Origin: Octopus bimaculoides
Taxonomy: Eukaryota
Length of the DNA stretch: 64,000 bases
Direction: 5' to 3'
Assembly: GCF_001194135.2 (NCBI RefSeq)
Contig: NC_068981.1
Coordinates: forward strand, 130,079,734-130,143,733
This document shows positions 51,022-64,000 of this stretch, one piece after another. Position numbers and translations under genes: made by a program. The notes below the pieces were generated by a model, which did no database searches, was not told where the DNA came from, and worked only from the letters and a program-made list of their open reading frames with translations. How positions within the stretch are numbered: the stretch's first letter is position 1; each line of letters starts with the position of its first letter.

Positions 51022-54000
51022 ACCACCACTTGACAACTGGTGTTGGTTTGCTTACATCTCTGTAACTTAGCAGTTCAGCAAAGGAGACTAATAGAATAAG
51101 TACTAGGCTTTTAAAAAAAATGAAGTATTGGGGTTGACTCATTCAACTAAAAATTCTTGAAGTCGGTGCTCCAGCATGGTGACAATCTAATAACTGAAGC
51201 CAGTAAAAGACATTTTACATTGAACAGATCTAGTTGTCAAATCAACTGCTAATTAACAGATTTGACAAACCATTCTGATATATTGGAAGAGCTCATTACA
51301 AACAAGTCTTTACTTACAGGTGTAGAATAGTCAATAGAATGCTTAGGCCTTTAGCATTTAAACCAACCATATCAGGCCCAAATATTCTACATTTTATCTT
51401 CAAACTAACCAGAGCTGGTCTCTCACATCTGTTGAACTTCATATTTTAAGAATGGGTCTACTGTTTCTAAAAGAATAGGTCTACTGTTTCTAAAATGATG
51501 ATTTCTAATACATGCACAAGGCTTCAAATTTGTAGGAGGAATATATTGGTTTATACTGAGTCTCAGTGCTTAACTGATACTTTATCAGCACTGGAAGGAT
51601 GAAAGGTAAACTTAAACAGAAATTGAACTCAGAACATGAAGGGCATTTTGTTGGATGCTTTAACAATTTTGCCAATCCACATTAAACTTATTACTTAGAA
51701 TAAACAAACATGAATAATAAAACAAAAAATGTTATGAAATAATAATAAGAAGAAAAAAGCATTCTATTTTTGTCTTCACTATCATACTATCAACATCTGT
51801 CCTGTATTATATTGGCAGCAGGATATAGAAGGATCTGTGGAGACACCTTCAGACAGCTTATTCTTTCTTTAGGTGTGATGGCAGAGGCGGTGGTAATGGG
51901 GGGGGGGGGTGTAGAATGTATACATGTGTGCCTATGTGCATGAGCCTGTCAGTCAATGTTAGCACAATCATCTTTTGACAATGTTAACTAGGTGGGGATC
52001 AAAATATTAATCTTTTTTTTAAATACAAACATTGTGACCAAACAAACCTGTAAAAAAAAATTACATAAATAAATAAACTGGCACAATAATTCAGCTTGGT
52101 GACCTATTAAAGCTAACCAACCCCTGATAAAACAGCCCTGAGTCAACAATAGCTCTAACCTTTAATGAATGTTAACCAAAATGTTTTGACAGGTTTGCTG
52201 GTTTCTGCCATTTCTAAAATCCAGTTTCTTTGTCAATAAAGGTGTGGTTCTGCTGGGAAAGAATCTGGAGTTGATTTTTTTCTTTTTTCTTTCTTTTTTT
52301 TTTTTTGTCTTTAAAAATCAACAACCCGAATTCTGAGCTAACAAGGGAACTTCTATACAATCGTTTGGCTTGCTAGAAATAGCAGCCAAATCTTCCTCAA
52401 ATCACACCCAATTGTTTAAAAAAAAAAAAAAACAGGGTACATCAGATAATGTAGTACAGGATGAATATTATCATTGTTTTAACATCCACTTTTCCATGCT
52501 TGCATAGGTTGAATAGAGTTTATTGTGGCAGATTTTCAACTGTTGGATGCATTCCCATCACCAACCCTCACCTGTCTCCAAGTAAGGTAATATTTCCCCA
52601 CACCAACACCAGCTGTCAAACGGTGTCAGGGACAAATACAAACACACATATCTATACATATAAGATGGGTTTCTTTCAGTTTCTCTCTACTAAATCCACT
52701 CACAAGGCTTTGGTCAGCCCAAGGCTATAGTAGACACTTACCCAAAGTGCCATGCAGTAGGGATGAACCTTGAACCATGTGGTTGGGAAGTAAGCTTCTT
52801 ATGTCACAGCCATGCCTGCACCTTAATCAGTTTTATATGCGATGTTAGGATGACCTACAGAGAGAAGCCCAATACTTTGTATTAATGGCTTATAGTCTCA
52901 TTAAATATGTAGCTGATGTAATTCTTTGAATAATTTAATGAGGTTGACTGAACACAAGAGGGTTAACAAATGGTCAGAATTTAAATATTTTCTAGAAATG
53001 AACAGAAAATGTTTTGGGGACACAGGTCTTATGTGTATGAGATCTCCAGGAATGACCATTAATGATTACAAGACCTAGCATTTGTAGTTAGTTTGTGGGT
53101 TTTAATTGCTTGTTATTTAAGATTGGAGTGGATCAACTGCAAGCTTGTTTCTTTACTATAAACAGTGATTTACTTGGTGCTGTTGAAAGAGACAAGAATA
53201 TCATTCCCCTCATTGATGAATGTTTTCAGTAAGGTAGTGAAGTCTTGATATAAGGTATTGAGGTTGCATGAAGATGATGCCTGTGTGCAGAAGGTTGGAA
53301 AAGAATTACAGGTGGTATCATGTGCTTTGGAGTGGATATAATTAGAGGTGACAGCAAACAGGTTAATGTACAGAAAGAAGAACGTGGAAGACAATTGAAA
53401 TTTGGAGCACACAAGCTATGATAGAATGTGGGTAAGAGATAGCCACACCATTACATGCTGTGATTGTGTGATTGGACAGGAAGATATCAGTACAAGAAGT
53501 TCTCATTGCCAAATGCAGTTAAAAGCTTTGATTTAAAGTGAAATGTCTCTGCTGTGAATTTCTTTTCATTTGCCGCCTACAAGGACAACTTTATCTCACT
53601 GCCATATAATTTTTATTTTCACACGAAACATTTTACCCAAACTAACTTTGTTATTTCTCTTTTAAGCTTTTAGTATTTAAACAGGCCATATCCAGCCACA
53701 AATATTCTACCCATTTTATATTCTGACTGTCTCTCACAACTACCCTACAATGTCATAAAAATAAATAATCACATAACCAAAATCTTGAAGTTTCAAGAAA
53801 ATGTTTGATTAATTCAAAACAATGAATGAAGAAGTGTTACATTTGACAGAATAATCTGAATGTTAAAGGGCTAAATAGGCTTTCCAAATGTTCAATGAGT
53901 AACAATAGGAAGCAAGGGCACCATAATTTTCATTTCTGACTCTTACCACAAGTACATGAAATGTTGTATACATGCAGTATATGAAAATATATGTAAATAG

Positions 54001-56460
54001 CATTAAAAAGACAATTGACAGATATTTGTAGAACGTATGTGTCTTCATAGTAAATAATATAAAGGTATATGCCTTATTGACTATGCTGTTAAACTCATGA
54101 TAACAGAGTTGTGGGTTTGATTAGCAAATGAAGTCATATACTGTGTCCTTGAGCAAGGTACTTTTACACTAAATGCCAATCAACTGAAAATTATGTCTGT
54201 TGCATTGTAGCATTTTACAGATTAACTCTTCTAACTACAAGATGTCAATGGCTTTTGATGGCTACAGAATATTTGATGATGATAATAGTTGGTGATAGTA
54301 AAAGCCATGGTGGCAATAAAAAATTTGAAAGTTCAGTCCCTGCCTAAAACTCACATCTGGAACCTGACAGAAAAAAGTCTTCAAAACATTCTGTCAGCAA
54401 AATGAAGTTAACAGACCGAAAAACATTTTAGCACAAAACTTAAATTGCTTGAAAGAATTTTGTCCAACATTCTACTGTTTCTGTCAGTAATAACAATAAC
54501 AAGCATAACTAAAACAACAAAACAAAAACAAAAAAAAAAGGAAGAATAGAGCTAAAATACACTTTGATCTCAAACACTTGGAGATAACAAGATGACATTG
54601 TCATCTGCACTGTATCATATAACCAAAGAAAAAATAATAGAAAAATCAATCTACTGTTAGTAAAACTTTCACTTCAAAATTGATGTTATTGTTTAACCCA
54701 GGTCAGCTCTGACTGAGCAATCAACCACTGTTGTAACTGTGATCATTCCCTATTTTTGTATATCAACAAATACTATAAGTTGTCCAGTCTATACTCCAGG
54801 TATTATCTTTTATCTTTTAACTGTTTCAGTCATTAGACTGACCATGCTGGGGCACTGCTTTGAAGAATTTTTAGCTGAATGCATTGACCCTGGCACTTAT
54901 TTTATTGGTCTCTTGCCAAACTTAAGTTACAGGGATGTAAACACACCAGCACTGGTTGTCAAGTATTGGGATGGGATGGGGGACAAACACACACCAGACT
55001 TCTTTCATTTTCCATCTTCCAAATCCAATCACAAGACTTTGGTTGATCCAAGGCTATAGTAGAAGACACTTGCCCAAGGCACCATGCAGTGGGGTTGAAC
55101 CCTGAACCATGTGGTTGGGAAGCAAGCTTCTTACCACTCAGCCATGCCTTTGCCTATAGTAGTGTATAACTTAAGATAGATTTGGCTGTTATTTATAGTA
55201 GGTCAAGTGAGCAAGCTATAGACTCAGGAATAAAGAAACAAGAAACTAAATGTATTTTTAGTTTTAGCCTTTTTCAAACCTTCTCTTCCTTTACCAAAGC
55301 TGTCACAGTCTCTTATCCCTCATTGTTTTAATGTCCACTTTTCCATTGGTCAAATGGAAATTGTCCATAGGCAGAGACATGGTTGTGTGGTTAAGAAGCT
55401 TGTTTCACAACCATCTTGTCTTGGGTTCAGTCTCATTGTGTGGTACCTTGGGCAAGTGTCTTCTACTATAACCCCCAAGTTGATCAAAGCCTTGTGAGTG
55501 GATTTAGCAGATAGAAACTGAAAGAAACCTGTCATGTGTGTTATGTTTGTTCCCTACCACTACTTGACAACTGATGTTGGTTTGCTTATGTCCTTGTAAC
55601 TTAATTGTTCAACAGAAGAGACTGACAGACTAAGTAGCAGCCTTAAAAAAAGTATACACTCTGGGTTTGATTTGTTTCACTAAACCTTTCAAGCATGGTC
55701 ATAATTCAATGACTGGAACACATAAAAGAGAGAAGATAAACAGTTCATAAATAAGTACCAGTTAATACATTGTGGTTTCTTCAAACAACTGCACCCACCT
55801 TGCACAACAAAAACGAGATAAAAATGGTTAGCATTATGCCTAAAAGAGAATTTAAGTCTTCAGCGTTCAAACTGGCCATAACTGTTTTATGCCTATAACC
55901 AGCCAGATGCAGCCTCTCACACCTACCTTACAATGTCCTTCTAAAAATAAGCAATATCATCATGAAAATCTCAAAGCCACAAAATAATGCAGGATTAATT
56001 CAAAACAATGTGAATAAATAAGCATTACTTTTGATAGAATAATCTTAATGCTAAAGGGTTAATATATTCATTTCAAGCTTTATAACAGGGTAAAAAATTT
56101 ATAAGAAAAACAGTTCAATATATTGGCCTCAGTATATTACTGATACCTATTTCATCAACGTTTCCAACAATGGAAATTGGTGAATCAACAAAGGAGCTTC
56201 TACAGGGGTTGCTTGACCTAATCTGCAAGAAAAAGTTGCCAAATTACACCTAATCATCTCAGAAATGAAAGGATACTTTGGGGTAATGTAGTACATGATA
56301 AATCATATCTTGTGCTGATCTCAGGCTAAACAAAAACAACAGCAACCCGTGAAATAGATAAAAAGCAATGTCAACCCAGGTAAGATTTAAGCTTACAATA
56401 TAAAGTGATAATTGCACTGTATTTCATCTGACAAGCTACTGTATAAGGGTCAAACTGGTT

Positions 56461-57112
56461 AATATATATTAATTACAAATTATCAATTTATATTAATATT
56501 GTAGCAAACTCATAAGAGGCAGAGAGAGAACGTAAGTTCATTTGCCCGAACATGAGAAATTATTGATTTCTCATTGGTTAAAAATTACAGCCCATATACG
56601 AATTATGAACTTTGTTGAAGAAATCTTTCACGGGGTTATGGTTCTATGATTCGTGTATGAGTAGTTATAAAAACCCTGATTTTCGGCAAACTCTCCAGTG
56701 ATCATTGGATGCTACTAAAATCCACGACACTCACCCTTTTGAGCATCGGCTAATATATATGCCATGTTCAATACTCAAATCCAACAATATTGAATTGTGA
56801 AACCTTATAGTTAGAATGAGAAATTAGTTAATATAAAATTTAAGTCGTAAATTCTCTACGACGAAATGATTTATTTCTAAATTTCTATAAATGTAAAAAA
56901 ATGTATATAATAAATTAATGTAGAAATTTAATTCCTTTTACTTCTCGTTTCTTTCAACTTGTTGAATTTATTTCTGTATATTAATGAAACTATTTTTTTA
57001 TGTGTAACGGTCAAAAAAATATAATCTATATCTTCAACATACATGTACGTATGAACGCACGTTCAGCGTCTTGGTATGATACATCATAACAATATATATT
57101 AATTACAAATTA
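56461..57112. mobile_element. CpG-rich insertion of about 610 bp bounded by identical 22-bp direct repeats
   Basis: aatatatattaattacaaatta at 56461-56482 and 57091-57112. Roughly 17 CpGs inside (manual count), against CpG-poor flanks. Confidence 0.5.
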
Positions 57113-58853
57113 ATTTCAAAATATCTCAACTAGTTCTTCAGTACCACAGAATATCTAGAACTGAAGATAAAAAGAAAAAAAATTTTTTAAACCCATTCCT
57201 TAAATCTCAGAAATCCATATTTATTGTGCCTCATCTTCATCATCAACAAAATTTAACATCCATTTCCTATGCTGGTATGGGTTGGACGGTTTGACATGAA
57301 CTGGCAAGGCCAAGGACTGCATCAGGTTCCATAGTGTGTTTTGGTATGATTTCTATGACTGGATGTCCTTCCTAACACCAACCATTTTACAGAATGTATG
57401 GGGTACTTTTTACATGGCACTAGCACCCATGCTAATGATTTTTATATGGTACCTTGGTTTTAGGATCTCAATTCTGTTGTGGTGGACAGGTTTTCATAGG
57501 TACAGTAAAGCAGTTACATATCTTAGTCTTCTGTCATCTCTTTCATAAAACTCAACGTTTTGAGATCAGCCTTCAATACTTCATTCTATGCTGTCACTCA
57601 ACATGCAAGAACCATAAATCATATTTCTATCAACTCATACACTACCATCTTCAAAAAGGAAGGACTCAAATGGTCCTTATACAATATCATCATCATCATT
57701 TGATGTCCTCCTTCCATGTTGGCACGAGTTGGATGGCTCAACATGATCCATTGAGTCAGATGGCTGTGCTCAGCTCAAATGTCTTCTCTGATACGGTTTT
57801 TTTATGAATGGATGCCTATCCTAACACTAACCACTTCACAGAGTACAACTTACTTTTAACTCGTTTCAGTAATTAGGCTGTGGCCATGCTGGTGCACCAA
57901 CTTAAAGAACTTTAGTCAAACAAATCAATCCCAGTAAATTATGTTTTTTAAGCATGGTACTTATTCTATCAGTCTCTAAGTTACGGGGGTGTAAATATAC
58001 CAACATTGGTTGTCAAGTGGTGTGGAGGGGAAAGGGAGACTGACACAAGTACACACACATCTTTTTTTTTTACTGTTTTACTTGTTTCTTTACTGTTTTT
58101 TTTATATGTGCACATGTTATATATTATTATTTTAATGTCCACTTCTTCATACTCAAATGGTTTGGATGGCATTTATTAAGGCAGATACACACATACACAC
58201 TCTCTCTCTCTCTCAAAGAGGAGAGAGAAAAAGAGAGAGAACAGTTGGTCTTGACTTCATTTTACCATTGAGAACAATAATAGAAATGTCAAACAAAGTT
58301 ATTGAACAAAGAGATGAGATTAAGTTATCACAAGATAAAAATGCATATTGAGTGCATGTGTAAATGCATGTATATGTACACATGAAAACGTGAGGGAGAG
58401 GTGTACACATGAAAATGTGAGGGATGGATGTGTGTGTAGGAGTGTATATAATTAGATAACAAATAGATAACATAATCAAATCATATATTAAATGGTTATT
58501 TATGTGCTTGCATGTGAACACATAAAATTTGCTTGCAAAGGAAGAAGTACTCAATACATATTGTGGAGCATATTCATTTATCCAGAGGTTCACAACTGAA
58601 AGTTTACTCAGTTTACAGCGCGATGTGCGTCTCAGTCTCTGGCATGTTCTTCAATCAACTTGATGATAATGAACATACAAAAGATGGACTTAATAATCAT
58701 ACAAGAGATGGAAGACTCAGATTAGTGGTCTACAAGAGGTGTAGGGTCCACACACCATGGGCAACCTTCATCTTTTTCCATTCAAAAGGGTTTTGCAACT
58801 CAATATTTACATGTTATTATTTATAGTTTTATATGTGTGCCCAAGATATTACA

Positions 58854-58898
<45 letters not shown>

Positions 58899-59575
58899 AT
58901 ATGAATTAGAAGCAGCTTGAGGTATATAAACAGAATTGAACACACATACACAAAGTATGTGTGTTATTGGTTCATGGGTCAGCTACAATTTTTAGGCATA
59001 AGAGAATATATTTTCTATGCACCTGGTAAAAAAAATCACCTGAAAGTAAGTTATAGTCAAGTGAGATAACTCCCATAAATCCCTTCTCAAAGCAACAGAT
59101 ATCGATGCCAAAATGCAAAAAAAAACTGAGAAGGTAGCATGTAGAAATTTTCAGTTGTTGCATGCATATGTATAAATATATTTTGAAGAATTAGAAAATT
59201 CCGCCTATTCCTGACTGACTTGATATCTTTCCACCCTTATCATTCAAGGTCTAAGGAGGATAGCTCCATTACCTTTTTACTTTTTACATTTTAGTTTTTG
59301 TGTTTTCGTTTTCAGCTTTTCCTTTTCTGTTGTATACTTTCTGCATCTCTATATGCTGCCTTCTCAGTTTTTTTTTTTTTGCTTTTCTTCTATTATTCAG
59401 TTTTTTTTAGTTTGTTATGATATGTGGTTTATGCCTGAAAAATATGTGAGTTTTCTCAACATATGAAACTATTAGTAGTGCTTTAATACATGTATTGTGA
59501 CCTTTAAATAATTAATATTTACCACTCACCAGATAGAATAGTTTTTTTGCTGGATTTTCTATCACAGAACAACAG

Positions 59576-59610
<35 letters not shown>

Positions 59611-59901
59611 NNNNNNNNNNNNNNNNNNNNNNNNNNNNNNNNNNNNNNNNNNNNNNNNNNNNNNNNNNNNNNNNNNNNNNNNNNNNNNNNNNNNNNNNNN
59701 NNNNNNNNNNNNNNNNNNNNNNNNNNNNNNNNNNNNNNNNNNNNNNNNNNNNNNNNNNNNNNNNNNNNNNNNNNNNNNNNNNNNNNNNNNNNNNNNNNNN
59801 NNNNNNNNNNNNNNNNNNNNNNNNNNNNNNNNNNNNNNNNNNNNNNNNNNNNNNNNNNNNNNNNNNNNNNNNNNNNNNNNNNNNNNNNNNNNNNNNNNNN
59901 N
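59611..59901. other. Assembly gap (N) between (TG)n and (TGCG)n
   Basis: N run. Confidence 1.
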
Positions 59902-59902
59902 G

Positions 59903-59954
<52 letters not shown>

Positions 59955-62801
59955 TGTGTGTGTGTGATGATTTTTAACCAGTATTGAGTTTTACAATTCT
60001 GTAAATAATATTTTTTTGTAAGTTTAAAGCTTATAAATGATCACCTGTGCATTGACTAAATAAAATAGTCTAATATTGGGGCATTTAAGCCCTCAGTGGC
60101 AAAATGTGGGTTTTCCATACATGTGGGACTCCAACCCACACATCTGTTTTCATGACAAGTTTGCTACCATTACACCAACGTACCCACTTGGTTATATATA
60201 TATAAGTCCAGCTTCCACACAGTTTCCATGTACCATATCCACTCACAAAGTATTAGTTGACCCGGGACTATACCAGAAAAACCCATGCCAAAAGTGCCAC
60301 ACTGTGGGACTGAACGGCAAACCACATGATTGCAACGCAAGCTTCTTAACCACATACCCAAGACATCTCATTTCATCTTTGCCCACTTATTTCAGGGAGA
60401 GTCATGGGGGCAAAGTCCTCAAGCATGCTTTCCATTGACCCCTAACCAACTGACTTGGGTGGAATTTGAACTCTCAAGGTAAACTAAACATATCAAGGCA
60501 TTCTGCCAGGTTTCAAATGATATCACCAATCTACAAAGTAAATATTAGCAGTCTCTGGGCCTCGATAAAACTCAGTGGTTGCAAGATTAAGGGACTGGGA
60601 AACTACCTTACATAGCTAACAGGAGACAATAAATAGCAGAATTTATTTATTTCCTACACCTGACCATGGGTTTTTTTTGTAACAGAATCCATTCTATTGT
60701 AAACATTTAAACCAAGTTTACCAAAGCTTGGCCAACCAAGCTCATGAATGTTTTTCAACCGACTTGTTCATAGCCTACCCACTGGTTCTCCTACCAATTG
60801 GTTTTTGCACATAGAACTTAAGTGATTCTTTCCTGAGACATTCTCACCACATATTTATAGTATCAGAACTATGATTTCTCAATTCAGAGAAGTAATGGCT
60901 CAATCTGGAGTACCTCTCTGATCATCGATCTATGTACTCGATTGAGTAACATTATTCCAAAGACTCTTGAACACATATAACCAGGGTTTATTTCATAAGA
61001 AATATGAACATCGAATTGTTTCCATGGAAATTCTTGTAAATAACTAATGTGGTTGATTAGCTCTGAACTAACTATGAAGAAGCAGACCTATGATCAAAGA
61101 TTTTATACTCATGACCACCTAATCTCTTTTTCCAAATGCAGTGTAGTCAGAGTCACATTATCCGATGTGTCACTTTTTTTTTTCTTAAATGGTAGGTTGT
61201 GTTTAGGGGGAGATTTAGCTGCTATTTCTAGCAAGTTCCATAAAAACATTATGTGAATGAAAGAGAGAACAAGAAAAATGGTTAAGACAAAGAGTGAGAA
61301 GTGGGGAAATGGAAAAACAGAACAATTGGGAAAATGAGTGAGAAATAATTAAGAAGTGAGAAAGTGGGTGAGAAGGAGAGTGGCAGAATATAGAAAAGTA
61401 GAAGCATGTGTGTGGATGAGGGGATGAAACAGAGAGGGAATGGGGAAGAGAGTGGTAAAGAGAAGGAGAGAAACTGCAATCGTCAAGTCAGAGAAAGTGT
61501 TAGACAGGGTCACATGGTTTGTCATCTAATAATGAGGTAATTTTGTGTCATTGACTGGTTCTTGAAAGTATAGATAAGAGTTCAAAATTTAAAAGAAAAC
61601 TAGATTTTAATCTAATATTAATGATGTTATGTATTGATACATGTATATATGCATCAAAAAGACCCTCCCCTTCTATCACCCTCCCTAATAAGTCATAACT
61701 CACTCCAACTCTAAAAGGTAACCATATGAACTAAGTAGCCTGTTACTTCAATTACCTAATCTGAAGATATGGAAATGAAAATGTATAACAGAGGGAAGGG
61801 AGGGAGAAAGGGAATTGTTTGGCAAAAGGGACTGATAAAGTAAGTATGAGACTTTAAAAAAAAACAAGTCTTGGGGTCGATATGTTCAACTAAACCCTTC
61901 GAAGCAGTGCCCCAGCTTGGCTGCAGTCCAATGACAGTTACAAATAAAAGATAAGAGACAATCCATCCAAAAAGCTTCCACAATCCAATTTTACTTACAA
62001 GGTCTAGATTGACACAAGGCTATGTTAACCCTTTAGCACTTAAGCCATATCTGGCTTAAATATTCTGTTTCATGATCAAACTGACCAGATCTGGCCTCTC
62101 ACACCTGCCCTACAATGTTATTCTAAAAAAACACTTTTATCAAAATCAGATAATGCTTGATTAACTCAAAATGATGTGAATAAACAAGCATTACATTTGA
62201 CAAACTAATCTGAATACTAAAGGTTTACAAGACATTTGTCCAGGAAGTCATGCACTGAGATTAAACCAAGGAACTCATGGTTGTGAAGAACACTTGCCAA
62301 CTGTGATACTTAGCAATGCCTTCATCCTGGATATACTATCAATGATTGTGATGGTGTGGTGAACTCTTATCACTTCAATAAATAAGGGTTTGACAAGACA
62401 CAGCTGTGCAGATTGGTGAGCTGGTGTCTTGGTCTGCAGAACAACCTCCACAATAAATATTATTACAGGGGGCATAGTTTATGCAGAACCAGCCCTACTA
62501 TCTCTCTCTCCTTCAAACTTGTATTGGTCTAGTGCAGTGGTTCCCAAAGTGAGCAATACAGCCCCCCCCCTCCTCGGTGGTTATGGAAAGATCCAGTGGA
62601 GGTGGCCTTGAAGAAAAGTGAGGCAATAAAGGGGTTCGATGGTGGAGCAGCCAAAAGGGGGGCAATAATAGGGTGACCAAAAGGGGGCAAAGGATTTAAA
62701 AACAACCAAATAATGGGTTAATTAGTTCTATATTTAAGAGATGAGGAATTTTGTACATTATTTACATTCAACGGATATTTGTCCTCATCTTGTTTGTTGT
62801 T

Positions 62802-62846
62802 AACACAACATTTCGGCTGATATACTCTCCAGCCTTCATCTGGTGT
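62802..62846 (-). ncRNA. Degenerate minimal type-I hammerhead ribozyme motif (copy 1)
   Basis: ACAC-CAGAUGA-A-GGCUG-gagaguauau-CAGCC-GAAA-UGUU-GUGU. U4>A in the core and C>U in the stem III position. Confidence 0.6.
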
Positions 62847-62860
62847 CTTCATATGCCCAC

Positions 62861-62935
62861 GGGCATATGGCATAGTGGTTAAGAGCACGGGCTACTAATC
62901 CCAAGATTCCGAGTTCGATTCCAAGCAGTGACCTG
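62861..62935 (+). other. tRNA-Arg-like SINE head (not a tRNA gene)
   Basis: A box TGGCATAGTGG and B box GAGTTCGATTCC. ggctactaatcccaagattcc resembles tRNA-Arg(ACG) gactacggatcagaagattcc. The acceptor stem does not pair. Confidence 0.75.
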
Positions 62936-63001
62936 AACACTAATAATAATAATAATATCGAAAAAATACCTTAGGAATGAGAACCCAGGAAATTTCCCCA
63001 A

Positions 63002-63047
63002 AACACCTGAAGAAGGCTGGAGGGTATATCAGCCAAAACGTTGTGTT
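63002..63047 (+). ncRNA. Degenerate minimal type-I hammerhead ribozyme motif (copy 2)
   Basis: AACAC-CUGAAGA-A-GGCUG-gaggguauau-CAGCC-AAAA-CGUU-GUGUU. Stems I and II are perfect; G12>A in GAAA; palindromic AACGUU at stem III. Confidence 0.65.
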
Positions 63048-64000
63048 AACAACAAACCAGATGAGGACAAATATCTGTCGAATATAAATAATGTAATGGG
63101 TTAATTAGGTTGTGAATTTGCTGTAGAAAGTGGTCTGTATTTGTAGCGGTGAGTGGGGGGAGGGGCATTAGGAATGTAGCCTGAGTACCAAGTGGGTAGC
63201 AGCCCAAAATTTTTGGGAACCAATGCAACAAGTGCCACAAGCCCATCAGTTATGAGGATGCAGGATTTATATAGAGTTACAGTCTCTTTGATGAGCAGCT
63301 AAAGAGTTGAAAGGCCTCATCTGCCCTGGGTCAGTAGGATGTCTGTGGGGGACCTCCTTTCAAAAGATTAATTCCATGACATGCTAACCAATAACTGGGA
63401 TCCCAGGGCCACATAATACCCTCAGCGCCCCCACCCCTACTTCTATGTATAAATAACTATTTTATATTTTACTAATTTATATATTCTATGAATCATTTGA
63501 TATTTAATATATTATATATAATTTATATACAATACTATAATAATATTATAATAAATTCATAGCATCCCCCAATTCACTGCCTTCCTCCCAACGCATCCTT
63601 TTTCTCTACTGCTCTCCCACCACCACCGCCCCCATAGGCACCAGCTCAATACCTACTGGTGGGGGGGGGGAGTAACGCCCACTTTGATAAACCTATGGTG
63701 TAGAGTCATGGAAGAATGACACAGAATTGATAGCAAGCAGAGACAGATATGAATGAGTTTGAATGGAGATTGTGTGCAACTAACTAGCTCTGAGAAAAAG
63801 ATACTGTGGAAGTAGCTCTAGAAGAGATCAGACAGAGTGAGAAGACAGTGTATTTGTAGAATAGGTTTTGAATTCATGAGTTGAAACAGATTTTGTTGGG
63901 TCTCAAGAGGGTCATTATGTCCGTAACAAACACGTGTACTGGTTCTATTTCACTTTCATTATTACTAGTCAATTAGTTAACCATTTAAGTAATCAATTAA

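Larger units (their letters stand above)
62726..63093 (+). mobile_element. tRNA-headed, hammerhead-motif-bearing short retroelement with an inverted 3'-end copy (Penelope-like architecture)
   Basis: Perfect 15-bp TSD taatgggttaattag (62711-62725, 63094-63108). Inverted repeat of about 90 bp (62756-62846 vs 63003-63093). Pol III A/B boxes at 62868-62921, then (TAA)n. Confidence 0.85.
62535..63697. mobile_element. Old hAT/Charlie-like element hosting a nested insertion
   Basis: Left end cagtggttcccaaagtgagc; right end gcccactttgataaacctatg. 8-bp flanks gtctagtg / gtgtagag match at 6 of 8 positions and are NTCTAGAN-like. Confidence 0.6.

Noticed and set aside
60670-61030. Possible ancient RTE 3' remnant on the minus strand (KPIGRRTSG*)
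   Set aside because: Too degraded to support beyond a single motif-like stretch.
62861-62935. Functional tRNA gene
   Set aside because: Acceptor and anticodon stems do not pair properly; it is embedded in a TSD-bounded element.

Overview
This is AT-rich, repeat-dense animal genomic DNA. The SINE/MITE repertoire and the microsatellite-flanked N gaps strongly suggest an octopus (inferred from recall, not searched). No complete protein-coding gene is present, and most supplied ORFs are artefacts of gaps, microsatellites or SINEs. Mobile DNA dominates: three tRNA-derived SINE families, RTE-LINE remnants with their (TGA)n tails, decayed mariner transposases, hAT/Charlie elements and TTAA-flanked MITEs. 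The first result worth follow-up is a 368-bp insertion (62726-63093) with a perfect 15-bp target-site duplication. It joins a tRNA-Arg-like Pol III head to a minimal type-I hammerhead ribozyme motif and carries an inverted second copy of the ribozyme-bearing 3' end. That is the architecture of Penelope-like elements, so it looks like a ribozyme-carrying SINE mobilised by Penelope machinery. Both ribozyme copies here have core substitutions. The second result is three short ATG-initiated minus-strand exon candidates (42257-42341, 23306-23387, 2090-2129) that all end in G|GT phase-1 donors. They may be alternative first exons of one large gene whose shared exons lie left of the window; this is unconfirmed.
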